A program made the position numbers and the translations under genes. From a virus: a DNA stretch of 64,000 nt. Numbering within the stretch: position 1 is the first letter of the stretch; the number at the start of each line of letters is the position of its first letter. Under the pieces are notes generated by a model. The model had not been told where the DNA came from. It saw only the letters and a program-made list of their open reading frames with translations, and ran no database searches. The DNA lies in IMG/VR virus record IMGVR_UViG_3300037307_000721. One strand, written 5' to 3'. Of this stretch, positions 54,241-62,567 are shown in pieces.

Positions 54241-54269
54241 ATCGTATCGAGGATCTGGGCTGCTTGCAA
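54241..54269 (-). promoter_or_regulatory. Sigma70-type promoter for the RlpA-like gene (TTGCAA-N17-TACGAT)
   Basis: 17-nt spacing, 34 nt upstream of the GTG. Confidence 0.6.
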
Positions 54270-54276
54270 CCCGAAA

Positions 54277-54849
54277 TCAGGTGGTCGAGCTTACGATCGC
54301 CTGTACCTTCTGCGCGAGCTGGTCGACGGTGCCGTCGTTCAAGATGACCGCGTCCCAGCCGTCGTAGCCGTCGAGCGCCGTCTCGGACAGGTGCGTGTCC
54401 TCATCCGGGCTGGTAGCCGGCGGCAGCAGGTGCGCCGGGCGCTCGACCTTGATGGCCAAGCCGCCGATCCGGTGGATGGCTTCCGCCTCGTTGGGAAACC
54501 GGAGGTCGCAGACCACCACCGAGGTCTCAGGGTTCGCCAGAGCGCGCCGCTCGAGCGTCTTGACCCAGATGTCTTCGCCGAACACGCGGCGCATGGCCTC
54601 CGTGCCACCCACCTGCAGCGCCCAGCGCGGGGTGAAGCCCCAGAAGGGGTCCACCTCGAACTTCCGGTCGCCATAGAGCTGGTCCTGGTCGAAGCCGAAG
54701 ACGACGCGCGCCATCTCCTTCAACGAGGCGGCGAACCAGTCCTGGCGGACAGGTCGACCCTGCTCACGCAGCAGCCGACAGGCGATCTCGCCGCACAGGT
54801 CCTTGCCGCGACGTCTCTTGTGCCCGAAACCGATGATGAGCCTGGCCAT
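54277..54849 (-). CDS. Deoxynucleoside monophosphate kinase
   Basis: IIGFGHKRRRGKD (P-loop variant), FAASLKE, TPRWALQVGGTE, WV, DLRFPNEA, HLSE. Confidence 0.88.
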   Translation of the reverse strand: MARLIIGFGHKRRRGKDLCGEIACRLLREQGRPVRQDWFAASLKEMARVVFGFDQDQLYGDRKFEVDPFWGFTPRWALQVGGTEAMRRVFGEDIWVKTLERRALANPETSVVVCDLRFPNEAEAIHRIGGLAIKVERPAHLLPPATSPDEDTHLSETALDGYDGWDAVILNDGTVDQLAQKVQAIVSSTT

Positions 54850-54858
54850 GGCTCACCT

Positions 54859-55125
54859 CTACGGCGCGGGTGGGATGTCGAGTGCCACGGTGCCCTTGGC
54901 CTTCGTGTCCACGTAGACCCGGCCACCACCCTTGATGTGAGCCATGAGCTCGGCGATCTTGCGCACCGAGTATCGCACCGCCTCGGAGGCCGTGGTCGCC
55001 CGGATCGCCTGCTTCACCAGGCCGGCCTCGCGCTCGGTGTCTTCGTCGAACATGAACGTACGTCGTCGGTATCGCACCTCCGCCTTCTTGTTGTTCTTGG
55101 GCTTGCGCTTTCTCGGTGTGGCCAT
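54859..55125 (-). CDS. Ribbon-helix-helix (CopG/Arc-like) DNA-binding protein
   Basis: ATG 55125 after GGAG. RRTFMFDEDT...L..A...TASEAVRYSVR. Confidence 0.6.
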   Translation of the reverse strand: MATPRKRKPKNNKKAEVRYRRRTFMFDEDTEREAGLVKQAIRATTASEAVRYSVRKIAELMAHIKGGGRVYVDTKAKGTVALDIPPAP

Positions 55126-55168
55126 TCTTCGTCTCCATCGCAAGACTGCTCGGAGCGCATCGCGGAGA

Positions 55169-55197
55169 AATCTAGTATATGATTCTGCGCGAGTCAA
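55169..55197 (-). promoter_or_regulatory. Leftward promoter TTGACT-N17-TAGATT
   Basis: AT-rich divergent intergenic region, 17-nt spacer. Confidence 0.65.
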
Positions 55198-55252
55198 GCT
55201 CGATTCAAATTCGACAGCGAAAAACAGTTGCAAAAAATTCGCACCTGGGGTA

Positions 55253-55281
55253 TTGACAAAGAGGCTGGTCTCGCGTATATC
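55253..55281 (+). promoter_or_regulatory. Rightward promoter TTGACA-N17-TATATC
   Basis: Exact -35, A-tracts upstream, AAGGAGG downstream. Confidence 0.65.
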
Positions 55282-55311
55282 TTTACGCAAGGAGGCGCAA
55301 AGAAGAACGCC

Positions 55312-55719
55312 ATGAAACCTACGCTACCACCACCACAGAGGGGACCCGAAGCCCTGCCGAAACTCGAGGACATTCCCGGTGCTTTGCCGGAGAACGCCCG
55401 CCTGCGCCGGCAGAAGAAGCTGCCCACCCGCGTGTCCAAGCGCGCAGAGGAGAACGAGCCCTCGGCCGACTACATCGCCCGGATGGAAAAGCTCGGCCCC
55501 CGGCCGGGCGAGAGCTTCCTGGCCTTTCGGAAGCGGATGTGCATGATTACCGGCATCCGGGCGCTCTGGGTCGAGACCTGGCGCAAGTTCGGCGGCAATC
55601 GGGTCGACGCGGCACGGGCTCTGGGCATCCCGACGAACAACATCGCGTTCGAGCTGCGTGCGGTCGGTCTCTCCGTGCCCATGCTCAACGACATGCTCCT
55701 CGGGAAGGTGAAGCTGTGA
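55312..55719 (+). CDS. Fis-type HTH DNA-binding protein
   Basis: C-terminal WRKFGGNRVDAARALGIPTNNIAFELRAVG. Start moved to ATG 55312, downstream of the promoter. Confidence 0.7.
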   Translation: MKPTLPPPQRGPEALPKLEDIPGALPENARLRRQKKLPTRVSKRAEENEPSADYIARMEKLGPRPGESFLAFRKRMCMITGIRALWVETWRKFGGNRVDAARALGIPTNNIAFELRAVGLSVPMLNDMLLGKVKL

Positions 55720-55985
55720 AGAAGGAAAGTCGCAAGCCCCAGGTCTCCATCCGCGGCGAGACCTACGCCAAGGTCAAGGCCTACGTCGAGAGGCTCAAGA
55801 AGGGCAACCCCGACCTCGAGCACCTGTCCATCGCGGGCTTCATCGAGAACCTGTGCACGGGCTTCTTCGCTCGCGGCGAGAAGAACTCGCACGCGAGTCG
55901 GGCCCGGGCCGCGAAGAAGGCGCCGAGCAAGGGCAACGGAGCAGCGCATCACGAGGACCTGGACGTCCGTTCGTTCAGATTCTGA
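55716..55985 (+). CDS. Putative ribbon-helix-helix protein
   Basis: GTGA overlap. KPQVSIRGETYAKVKAY...LSIAGFIENL. Confidence 0.5.
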   Translation: MKKESRKPQVSIRGETYAKVKAYVERLKKGNPDLEHLSIAGFIENLCTGFFARGEKNSHASRARAAKKAPSKGNGAAHHEDLDVRSFRF

Positions 55986-55997
55986 GGAGAACCAGCC

Positions 55998-56141
55998 ATG
56001 GCACAGCGAGAGCTCACAACCCTGAACGACGTCGCCGACCGAATGGTCGAGCTCGAGAGCGAAAATCGCCTCCTGCGCATCTTCCTCGGCATCGCCATCG
56101 TCGCTGACGTCTGTTTCGTGCTGGCCAAGCTGCTCGGCTAG
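55998..56141 (+). CDS. Small membrane protein (47 aa)
   Basis: GAGGAG SD, C-terminal hydrophobic helix. Not in the ORF track. Confidence 0.55.
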   Translation: MAQRELTTLNDVADRMVELESENRLLRIFLGIAIVADVCFVLAKLLG

Positions 56142-56181
56142 AGCCAGCCCTTCATCTGAGGTATAGAGGAGAACCACGCTC

Positions 56182-57033
56182 ATGCAGCTCGCCATCGAAA
56201 TCGTCCAGCCGTCCGCCAAGCTCATCACGCCTCCCGAGTACTTCGACGGCATGATCAAGATCGCCGAGTACTTCGGCCGTCTCGCGCACAAGAGCGAGGA
56301 CAAGCAGACCGAGGAGTCCGCCTCGATCTTCTTGCACAAGTGGTGCCTCGACGGTGAGCGCAAGCAGGAGCGGCACGAGTCCGTCCTCGAGCACATGGGC
56401 CAGGTGAGCTTCCACATGGTCATGTCGCGCGCGGCGAGCCACCAGCTCGTACGGCACCGCCTCTGCGCCTTCACCCAGGAGTCGCAACGCTACTGCGACT
56501 ACTCCAAGCCCAAGTTCGGCCAGACCCTGCGGGTCATCTGCCCGCCGTCCATCTTCGCGCCCGGTGAAGGCGACGCGCGCGTGCCGCATGGCTTGATGGT
56601 CGTCGCCGAGACGACCCCGACCAGCCAAGGCACGACCTGGAACGGCATGGGCGACCCGCGCGCCTGGGAGGACAACCTCGACTACACCTACAAGCTCGTG
56701 GCGCCGGACGCGATGGCCGCGGCTGACCGGCTCATCAACATCGAGCCCTTCCGGCGCTGGGCCTTCGCCATCATCCGGGCCTATGGGCGCTACCTCTGGC
56801 TGCGCGAGCAGCGCGTACCGGCCGAGGACGCTCGCTTCGTCCTGCCCAACGCGGCGAAGACCGAGATCGGCGTGACCGCCAACGCGCGCCAGTGGCTCCA
56901 CATGTTCGACATGCGCCTGGACAAGCACGCGCAATGGGAGATCAAGAAGGTGATGCGCGAGGCCTGGGTCGCGCTCTGCGCGGTCTGCCCCATCGTCTTC
57001 GACAACCCCCGGACGCGCGAGCTGCAGGGATGA
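56182..57033 (+). CDS. thyX: FAD-dependent thymidylate synthase
   Basis: RHESVLEH, SHQLVRHRLCAFTQESQRY (RHRx7S), EDARFVLPNA, HAQWEI. Confidence 0.96.
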   Translation: MQLAIEIVQPSAKLITPPEYFDGMIKIAEYFGRLAHKSEDKQTEESASIFLHKWCLDGERKQERHESVLEHMGQVSFHMVMSRAASHQLVRHRLCAFTQESQRYCDYSKPKFGQTLRVICPPSIFAPGEGDARVPHGLMVVAETTPTSQGTTWNGMGDPRAWEDNLDYTYKLVAPDAMAAADRLINIEPFRRWAFAIIRAYGRYLWLREQRVPAEDARFVLPNAAKTEIGVTANARQWLHMFDMRLDKHAQWEIKKVMREAWVALCAVCPIVFDNPRTRELQG

Positions 57034-57860
57034 TCGAGCCAAGCAAGGAGAGCTGGGACTGCCTGGTCCTCGTCGGTGACTGCCTGGCGTGGCTGCCTCA
57101 GCTGGCGCCGGGCAGCGTCCACCTGACCGTCACGGATCCACCCTACGAGTCCCTCGAGCGGCATCGGGCGGTCGGAACCACGACCAGGCTCAAGGAGTCG
57201 AAGGCTTCCTCCAACCCCTGGTTCGCGTGCTTTCCCAACACGGGCTACTTCCGCCTGTTCCGAGAGCTGCACCAGGCCCACGCGACGAACTCGCACTGCT
57301 ACGTCTTCTGCGACTCGGAGACCGAGCACGTCATCCTGAGCGGTCGCAACCCCTACGACAAGCGGCTCGACGAGAGCCTGGTGGCGTTCACGCTCGAAGC
57401 GAAGACCTCTCGCGAGCCCAAGGGGCCGTGGACCGCGTGGCCCACGCTCTCCTGGCTCAAGACCAAACGCGGCATCGAGACCCAGGACGGCGACGAGGCC
57501 GAGTACGACATGCTCTCGCCGGGCATGGGCTACCACTGGCGCAGGACCGGCGAGCGCATCCTCTTCCTCGAGAAGGGCAAGCGCAAGCTCAACAACCTGG
57601 GCTGGCCCGACGCGCTCCTCGGACAGAAGGCCGGCCGCGCGGACTTCCCGACGACCAAGCCGGACAAGGTCCTGACGCGGCTCATCGCGAACTCGAGCGA
57701 GGAGCACGAAGTCGTGCTCGACCCCTTCGCGGGCAGCGGCAGCACCGGCAGAATCGCCTGCCAGATCGGGCGGCGCGCCATTCTCATCGAGAAGCATCCC
57801 ACCGACTGGCTCAAGCGCGCCGTCGAGCATCTGGGGCAAGTCGAATGGCGGGAGCTGTAA
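57030..57860 (+). CDS. DNA N6-adenine/N4-cytosine methyltransferase, beta class
   Basis: GDCL...TDPPY (motif IV) precedes VVLDPFAGSGST (motif I). PTTKP. ATGA overlap with thyX. Confidence 0.9.
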   Translation: MIEPSKESWDCLVLVGDCLAWLPQLAPGSVHLTVTDPPYESLERHRAVGTTTRLKESKASSNPWFACFPNTGYFRLFRELHQAHATNSHCYVFCDSETEHVILSGRNPYDKRLDESLVAFTLEAKTSREPKGPWTAWPTLSWLKTKRGIETQDGDEAEYDMLSPGMGYHWRRTGERILFLEKGKRKLNNLGWPDALLGQKAGRADFPTTKPDKVLTRLIANSSEEHEVVLDPFAGSGSTGRIACQIGRRAILIEKHPTDWLKRAVEHLGQVEWREL

Positions 57861-57865
57861 CAGCG

Positions 57866-58288
57866 ATGGGTTTCAACGTCGGACCGGCGCCTCGTGGGAT
57901 TCCGGGCGGCATGCCCCGGCGATGCCTCATCGAGATGGATGATGGGCGTTGGATCGAAGGCTACGTGCAGCGCATGGACTGGATGCAGCGCCCGCGCATC
58001 TACGACTACGTGCTCGACGACAGAGAAGGGGCGCGCTTCGCGGTGCCCGGTCGTACCCCACCCATCGAGATCGAGCTGCGACTCTTCGTCGCGAACATGG
58101 ACGGCCCCGAGCCGACCGATCTGAGCGCAGCGCTCGAGGCGGTGAAGACCGACTACCGGATCCCCGTGCCCGTGCCGCCCCCGGGGATGAGCCCCGAACC
58201 GGTCCCGGAGCCTGAGCCTGAACCCGAGCCTGAGCCGGCGCTGCGTCGCTTCAGCGAACTCGAGATCGACGAGGAGCCCAAGAAGTGA
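57866..58288 (+). CDS. Hypothetical protein with PE dipeptide repeat tail
   Basis: ATG 57866, 140 aa. Confidence 0.55.
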   Translation: MGFNVGPAPRGIPGGMPRRCLIEMDDGRWIEGYVQRMDWMQRPRIYDYVLDDREGARFAVPGRTPPIEIELRLFVANMDGPEPTDLSAALEAVKTDYRIPVPVPPPGMSPEPVPEPEPEPEPEPALRRFSELEIDEEPKK

Positions 58289-58560
58289 CCGGCGCGCAGG
58301 AACAGCGGCGAGAGGAGCTCGCCATCGTGATGCACCAGCACTGGACGCTCGCGGTGCGCACGGCACTCACGGCCCTCGAGCCTCTCATCCGAACCGTGCC
58401 GAGGTGTGCGACCTTCCGTGGGGCCTGGCAGGAATTCGACCGCCTGCTCCTGCTCTCGACCAAGAAGTTCGAGTGCCTCAAGGGCAACGAGTCCTTCCTC
58501 GCACTGGCTCAGGCCGACGAGGTCATCAAGCTCCTACAGGAGCTGGGAGAGCTGACATGA
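58285..58560 (+). CDS. Hypothetical protein
   Basis: GTGA overlap, 91 aa. Confidence 0.55.
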   Translation: MTGAQEQRREELAIVMHQHWTLAVRTALTALEPLIRTVPRCATFRGAWQEFDRLLLLSTKKFECLKGNESFLALAQADEVIKLLQELGELT

Positions 58561-58823
58561 ACGACCTGAAGCACGTGCCCCAGTGCCAGGGGAGCCACCT
58601 TCGGCCGAACTCCATCATGGAGCGCAAGCTCCTGTTCGATGGGGTCATGGCCTTCTGCAAGAAGATCAAGGCCTGTCCGGCCTGCGCCACCGCGGCCATC
58701 CTCTACGCGGCCACGCTGCCGGCCATCAAGGGCCTGAACATGTCGAAGGAGGCCTTTCTCGACGCGGCCCGGGAGATCTACGAGGACGCGGAGAAACAGC
58801 TTCAGCATCGGGTGCTCTCGTGA
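58557..58823 (+). CDS. Hypothetical protein (CPAC motif)
   Basis: ATGA overlap, GGAG SD, 88 aa. Confidence 0.55.
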   Translation: MNDLKHVPQCQGSHLRPNSIMERKLLFDGVMAFCKKIKACPACATAAILYAATLPAIKGLNMSKEAFLDAAREIYEDAEKQLQHRVLS

Positions 58824-59446
58824 AAAAGCCGACCATCATCGTGTCGGACCTCGACGGCACGCTCACCAACACGATGGACGAGGTCTGCGCCATCATGTGG
58901 GATCGACTTCGCGTCGCGCTCTGCGAGAAGGATGTCGCGCAATACGACGTGGCCGCCTCGTTCTGGCAAAACCACGGCGTGCGCTACTTCTTCCAGCACC
59001 TCGAGGCGCTGACCGAGTTTCTCGAGCTCAACATCTGGAGCAATCCGGACGTGTATGCCCGGGTCAAGCCCTACTTCAACTGGCATCAGGAGCTGCAGCA
59101 CGCCATCCGCTCGACGGACGTCGAGGTGATCTTGCTCACCTCGCGCCCGCCGGTCCCGCGCATCACGCAGGCCACCGAGCTGTGGTGCTCGCTCTGGGGC
59201 TACGACGACTGCAAGCTCCTCTTCGCCAAGGCCTACGAGCGCGGCAAGCTTGAGGCACTGCAGGAAATCCTCGCCGCGTCGCACGAGGAGGCCTTCATCT
59301 GGTTCGTCGACGACGACCCAGCCTTGTGCGACCACGTGCGCCAGAACCTGCCGCCGGACAAGGTCTGGGTCGCCTCGCCCGTGCGCCCCTGGACAGGGAG
59401 CGCGCTGAACTTCCTCAACAACCTGTCGCCGATGAGCCTGCTATGA
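58820..59446 (+). CDS. HAD-family 5'(3')-deoxyribonucleotidase-like phosphatase
   Basis: IIVSDLDGTL (motif I), LLTSRP (motif II), K (motif III), FVDDDP (motif IV). Confidence 0.85.
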   Translation: MKKPTIIVSDLDGTLTNTMDEVCAIMWDRLRVALCEKDVAQYDVAASFWQNHGVRYFFQHLEALTEFLELNIWSNPDVYARVKPYFNWHQELQHAIRSTDVEVILLTSRPPVPRITQATELWCSLWGYDDCKLLFAKAYERGKLEALQEILAASHEEAFIWFVDDDPALCDHVRQNLPPDKVWVASPVRPWTGSALNFLNNLSPMSLL

Positions 59447-59904
59447 CCGAGACCGAGCCCATGCGCCCCGAGACCATCTACTACCGCCGCGAGGCGATCA
59501 AGCCGCCCGCGGGCGCCGCGTCCGGCGAATGGGTGCGCGTGCAGGCAGGCTGCAACGCCTGCCGCTACGGGAACACGTCCGAAGGCCTGGTGCGCAAGGA
59601 CTTCAACCACGAGGCCGGCGTGCTCGAGATGCTCTTCTTCGGCGCGGCGAGTGCGCATTGCGCGCACCTCGAACCCTTCTTGAGAAAGCAGAAAGAACTT
59701 GGCGGCCAGCCCGCCGACCACTGGATTGACCTACTGCGGAGACGACAACGTGAGCACGATGACGCTAGAAAAGCTGAGGCCGGTAGCCGATCACGCAAGC
59801 GAGCTCGACGAGTTCGACAAAAAGAACCTGGCAAGCGCGCTGGCCAAGGCGTACCAGGACGAGACCGGAAGCAACCTCGACGTCCTCGCCGAGAAGATCG
59901 GTGA
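59443..59904 (+). CDS. Hypothetical protein (Cys/His motifs; C-terminal third overlaps the next gene)
   Basis: ATGA overlap start. CNAC...HCAH. Confidence 0.45.
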   Translation: MTETEPMRPETIYYRREAIKPPAGAASGEWVRVQAGCNACRYGNTSEGLVRKDFNHEAGVLEMLFFGAASAHCAHLEPFLRKQKELGGQPADHWIDLLRRRQREHDDARKAEAGSRSRKRARRVRQKEPGKRAGQGVPGRDRKQPRRPRREDR

Positions 59905-60232
59905 GTGGCGCCGGCGCAAGCAGTTCGACACGTCCTGGTTCATCGTGCCGGAGAAGCTGATGCTCGTCGTCTCCGAGCTCGGCGAGGCGATGGAGGCGTT
60001 TCGGCACCTGCCCAAGCCCATCGTGCGCTGGCTCGACGCAGGCCCGGGTCAGGAGCCTCCCGAGTCGGGCGAGTGGTGCGTCTGGGAGGAGAACTTCGAG
60101 GAGGAGATCGCCGACACGTTCATTCGCCTCTTCGACCTGTGCGACGCGCTCAGGATTCCGATCTCCACCCGCATCTTCGCCAAGATGGCCAAGAACGAGA
60201 TGCGACCGATCAAGCACGGGAAGGAGTGCTGA
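59750..60232 (+). CDS. MazG-like NTP pyrophosphohydrolase
   Basis: EKLMLVVSELGEAMEA...EEEIADTFIRLFDL...KMAKNEMRP..HGK. GTG 59750 after GGAG. Confidence 0.88.
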   Translation: MSTMTLEKLRPVADHASELDEFDKKNLASALAKAYQDETGSNLDVLAEKIGEWRRRKQFDTSWFIVPEKLMLVVSELGEAMEAFRHLPKPIVRWLDAGPGQEPPESGEWCVWEENFEEEIADTFIRLFDLCDALRIPISTRIFAKMAKNEMRPIKHGKEC

Positions 60233-60525
60233 TGCAGTCCCAACCGCCGCTGAGCTGGAAGAGTGTCGTACTGGACCTCGTCGCGGAGCCGCACCGCGCG
60301 CGGTTGGGGCAGCTGCTCGACGCGCTCGACCCGCCCTCGGACACGGAGCTCAGCGACTTCCACAAGGAGCTCGAGCTCGCCCGAGCGCGGGTCATCACCA
60401 GCAAGACGTTCCTGCACCCTTCCTTCGTGCACCTGCTTGGCGACCTCGCCGGAGTGGCTGGCGTCGTCGCCGTGCTCCGCGGCATCACGCTCGTCGCACC
60501 ACGGCGAGAGGGAGAACCACCATGA
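60232..60525 (+). CDS. Hypothetical protein
   Basis: TGATG coupling, 97 aa. Confidence 0.5.
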   Translation: MQSQPPLSWKSVVLDLVAEPHRARLGQLLDALDPPSDTELSDFHKELELARARVITSKTFLHPSFVHLLGDLAGVAGVVAVLRGITLVAPRREGEPP

Positions 60526-60767
60526 CGGGTAGCAATGGGAAGGGGGCGCTGGAGCCACGAGAGACCATCGTAGAGTTCCTCGACGACGAGGACGCCCAGG
60601 ACTTTCCCTTGGCCTTCAAGGCCGCGGGGTACCGAGGGCCGGGGTGGTACTACTGGAATCGCGAATGGACGCAGTGCCACGGTCCATTCACCGACGAGCT
60701 GGGCTGCGAAGCCGCGTGGAAGGTGTACGCGGCCGCGGCAGAAAGGCCGACGTGCGATATGCCTTGA
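60522..60767 (+). CDS. Hypothetical protein (GWYYW..GPF motif)
   Basis: 81 aa, GGAG SD. Confidence 0.6.
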   Translation: MTGSNGKGALEPRETIVEFLDDEDAQDFPLAFKAAGYRGPGWYYWNREWTQCHGPFTDELGCEAAWKVYAAAAERPTCDMP

Positions 60768-60991
60768 CGGCGCTCCTACTGGCCGGCTGCTGCGCCTCGG
60801 ATGTCCATGACGCGCGCCGGGCACTGGAGCTCCGAGGTTGGCGAGTGGTCTCGACGTGGTCCGAAACCTGGACCTTGCCGGCCCTGTGCCGGACCCGGAC
60901 CCTCGCACGCTTGAGCCTGCGTCGCGGGACGCAGAGGACCACGGCCTACGTGTGTGAAGGCCGAACGATCGCCATGAGGAATGAGGAATGA
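60752..60991 (+). CDS. Small phage lipoprotein
   Basis: GTG 60752. MRYALTALLLAG-C is a canonical lipobox. Two further Cys residues. Confidence 0.65.
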   Translation: MRYALTALLLAGCCASDVHDARRALELRGWRVVSTWSETWTLPALCRTRTLARLSLRRGTQRTTAYVCEGRTIAMRNEE

Positions 60992-61479
60992 AATCGCTGA
61001 ATGAAGTGGGCGCCGCCTTCGCCTGGCAGGCGAATGCCATCGAGCGACTCGCCGCCCTGGCGCACGAGCAGTGGTCCGGTTGGATGCGCTACCTTTTCTC
61101 GAAGTGCGTCGGCGTCATTCCGCACCCCGAGCAACAGCCAGGCGTTCCGGAGGTCGCGGCCATCCCGCCCGACCTCGAGAAGCGATGGCAGCGCCAGCTC
61201 TCCACGCCCTACGCGGACCTGCCCGAGCACGAGAAGGAGAGCGACCGCATCGAGGCGCGCAAAGTCCTCGCCTTGCTGGTGGAGCTCCTGAACGCCACGG
61301 ACACGCCCCGGTTCGACATCAAGGTGCACGCGATCGGCGGCGCGACGATCACATGCGACTGCCCGCCGCCCGCGAGCTGGGAGACCGGACCCGACGGCCT
61401 CTCCACCTGTACGTGCTGTGGCAGCAAGCTCGTCGTAGGCGAGCGCCACATCTCCATCATCCCAGGGAAGCGCGCATGA
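60988..61479 (+). CDS. RyR-like domain protein with C-terminal zinc ribbon
   Basis: LAALAHEQW...PYADLPEHEKESDR, then CDC...CTCCG. Confidence 0.6.
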   Translation: MKSLNEVGAAFAWQANAIERLAALAHEQWSGWMRYLFSKCVGVIPHPEQQPGVPEVAAIPPDLEKRWQRQLSTPYADLPEHEKESDRIEARKVLALLVELLNATDTPRFDIKVHAIGGATITCDCPPPASWETGPDGLSTCTCCGSKLVVGERHISIIPGKRA

Positions 61480-61988
61480 AAAGCGTCAAGGGCGACATCT
61501 GGACGGTAGCGACCAAGGACGACGCCATCGTCGTCACGACGAACGTGGGCTGGCGCAAGAACGGCACGGGTGTCCTGGGCGCCGGCCTGGCGCGCCAGGC
61601 CGCGCGTCGCTTTCTGTGGCTCTCGGAGAAGTGGGGGCAGTACTGTCAACAGGAGGGCGCGAACACTGGTCCCGTCGCCTGGCGCGTCGACTCGAAGTGG
61701 TGCCGCTACTTGATCCCGTTCCCGACCAAGGCGCTCAATGAGACCGAGCCCTGGCTGTCCTGGCGCGCGGACTCCTCTCTCGAGCTCATCGAGCGCTGCC
61801 TTGAGCTCCTCGCTGGTCTGGCGCCGGCGCTCTGCGCCTACGCGACCCAGAAGGGCGAGAAGAAGCCCCTCATCCTGGTGCCAAGTCTCGGCTGCCAGAA
61901 CGGAAACCTACTCGAGAAGGACGTGGTGCCGGTGATGCAGAAGCACCTCACGCACCCGGCCTTCGTCCACGTGAGGTATGGAACATGA
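61476..61988 (+). CDS. Macrodomain (ADP-ribose binding/hydrolase) protein
   Basis: KGDIW...AIVVTTN...GVLGAGLARQAARRF...IPFPTK...PSLGCQNG.L. Confidence 0.85.
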   Translation: MKSVKGDIWTVATKDDAIVVTTNVGWRKNGTGVLGAGLARQAARRFLWLSEKWGQYCQQEGANTGPVAWRVDSKWCRYLIPFPTKALNETEPWLSWRADSSLELIERCLELLAGLAPALCAYATQKGEKKPLILVPSLGCQNGNLLEKDVVPVMQKHLTHPAFVHVRYGT

Positions 61989-62293
61989 TCGAAATCACCG
62001 TCACCCACGAGGCGATGGGCGTGAAGGTCTCGGCGAGCGCCAAGATCGGCCCGCACGACGTCGATGGCATCGCCGAGATGGTCCGGCAGCTCAACGACGC
62101 CCTGCGCGAGAAGTCGAAGGTCAAGCGCTGCGCGCTGTGCCTTCGCGCGCTCAAGGACGTTGCGATGCTGGTGACCTCGTCGACGGGCAACTACGTCTGC
62201 GACGACTGCGCCGAGGAAGCCATGAGGCTCGTCACCGAGGACCGCGAGCGCAAGAACAACGCCCTGAAGGAGAACGCCGATGAACCCGGATAG
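61985..62293 (+). CDS. Protein with ClpX-type C4 zinc-binding domain
   Basis: CALC.......V..LV......Y(V)CDDC matches the ClpX N-terminal zinc finger pattern. Confidence 0.7.
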   Translation: MIEITVTHEAMGVKVSASAKIGPHDVDGIAEMVRQLNDALREKSKVKRCALCLRALKDVAMLVTSSTGNYVCDDCAEEAMRLVTEDRERKNNALKENADEPG

Positions 62294-62567
62294 TGGCAAG
62301 CTGCACGGAGTCGATGAGACATTCAAGGCTCTCTACGGGCGCGTGAACCCGCGCCCCGAGGAGTCCATCGCGGAGCGTCTCGAGCGTGCCAAGAAGCGGC
62401 ACGCAGAACTCGCCGACGGTGAGCCGGCCCCGGGCTCGCCGGTCCCCGCGGGCTGGCCCATCCTGGTCGTCGGCCAGGAGCTCAAGCAGGTCAAGGGCTG
62501 GAAGATGGTCATCGAGTCCGTCGACCTCGAGAAGCAGGTCATCATCGTCAAGCCCGTGCGGAGGTAG
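62280..62567 (+). CDS. Hypothetical protein
   Basis: 95 aa, AAGGAG SD. Confidence 0.55.
   Translation: MNPDSGKLHGVDETFKALYGRVNPRPEESIAERLERAKKRHAELADGEPAPGSPVPAGWPILVVGQELKQVKGWKMVIESVDLEKQVIIVKPVRR

Noticed and set aside
56560-56760. ThyX insertion as an intein or intron
   Set aside because: It is only ~50 aa, in frame, and lacks intein terminal residues (C/S/T...HN) and LAGLIDADG motifs.
58195-58240. PEPEPE tandem repeat
   Set aside because: Ordinary low-complexity linker; not a CRISPR array or contingency locus.
59750-60232. 2-aminoadenine (dZ) pathway implied by the MazG-like gene
   Set aside because: No PurZ or DatZ is recognisable in the window, and MazG-like genes are common without dZ.
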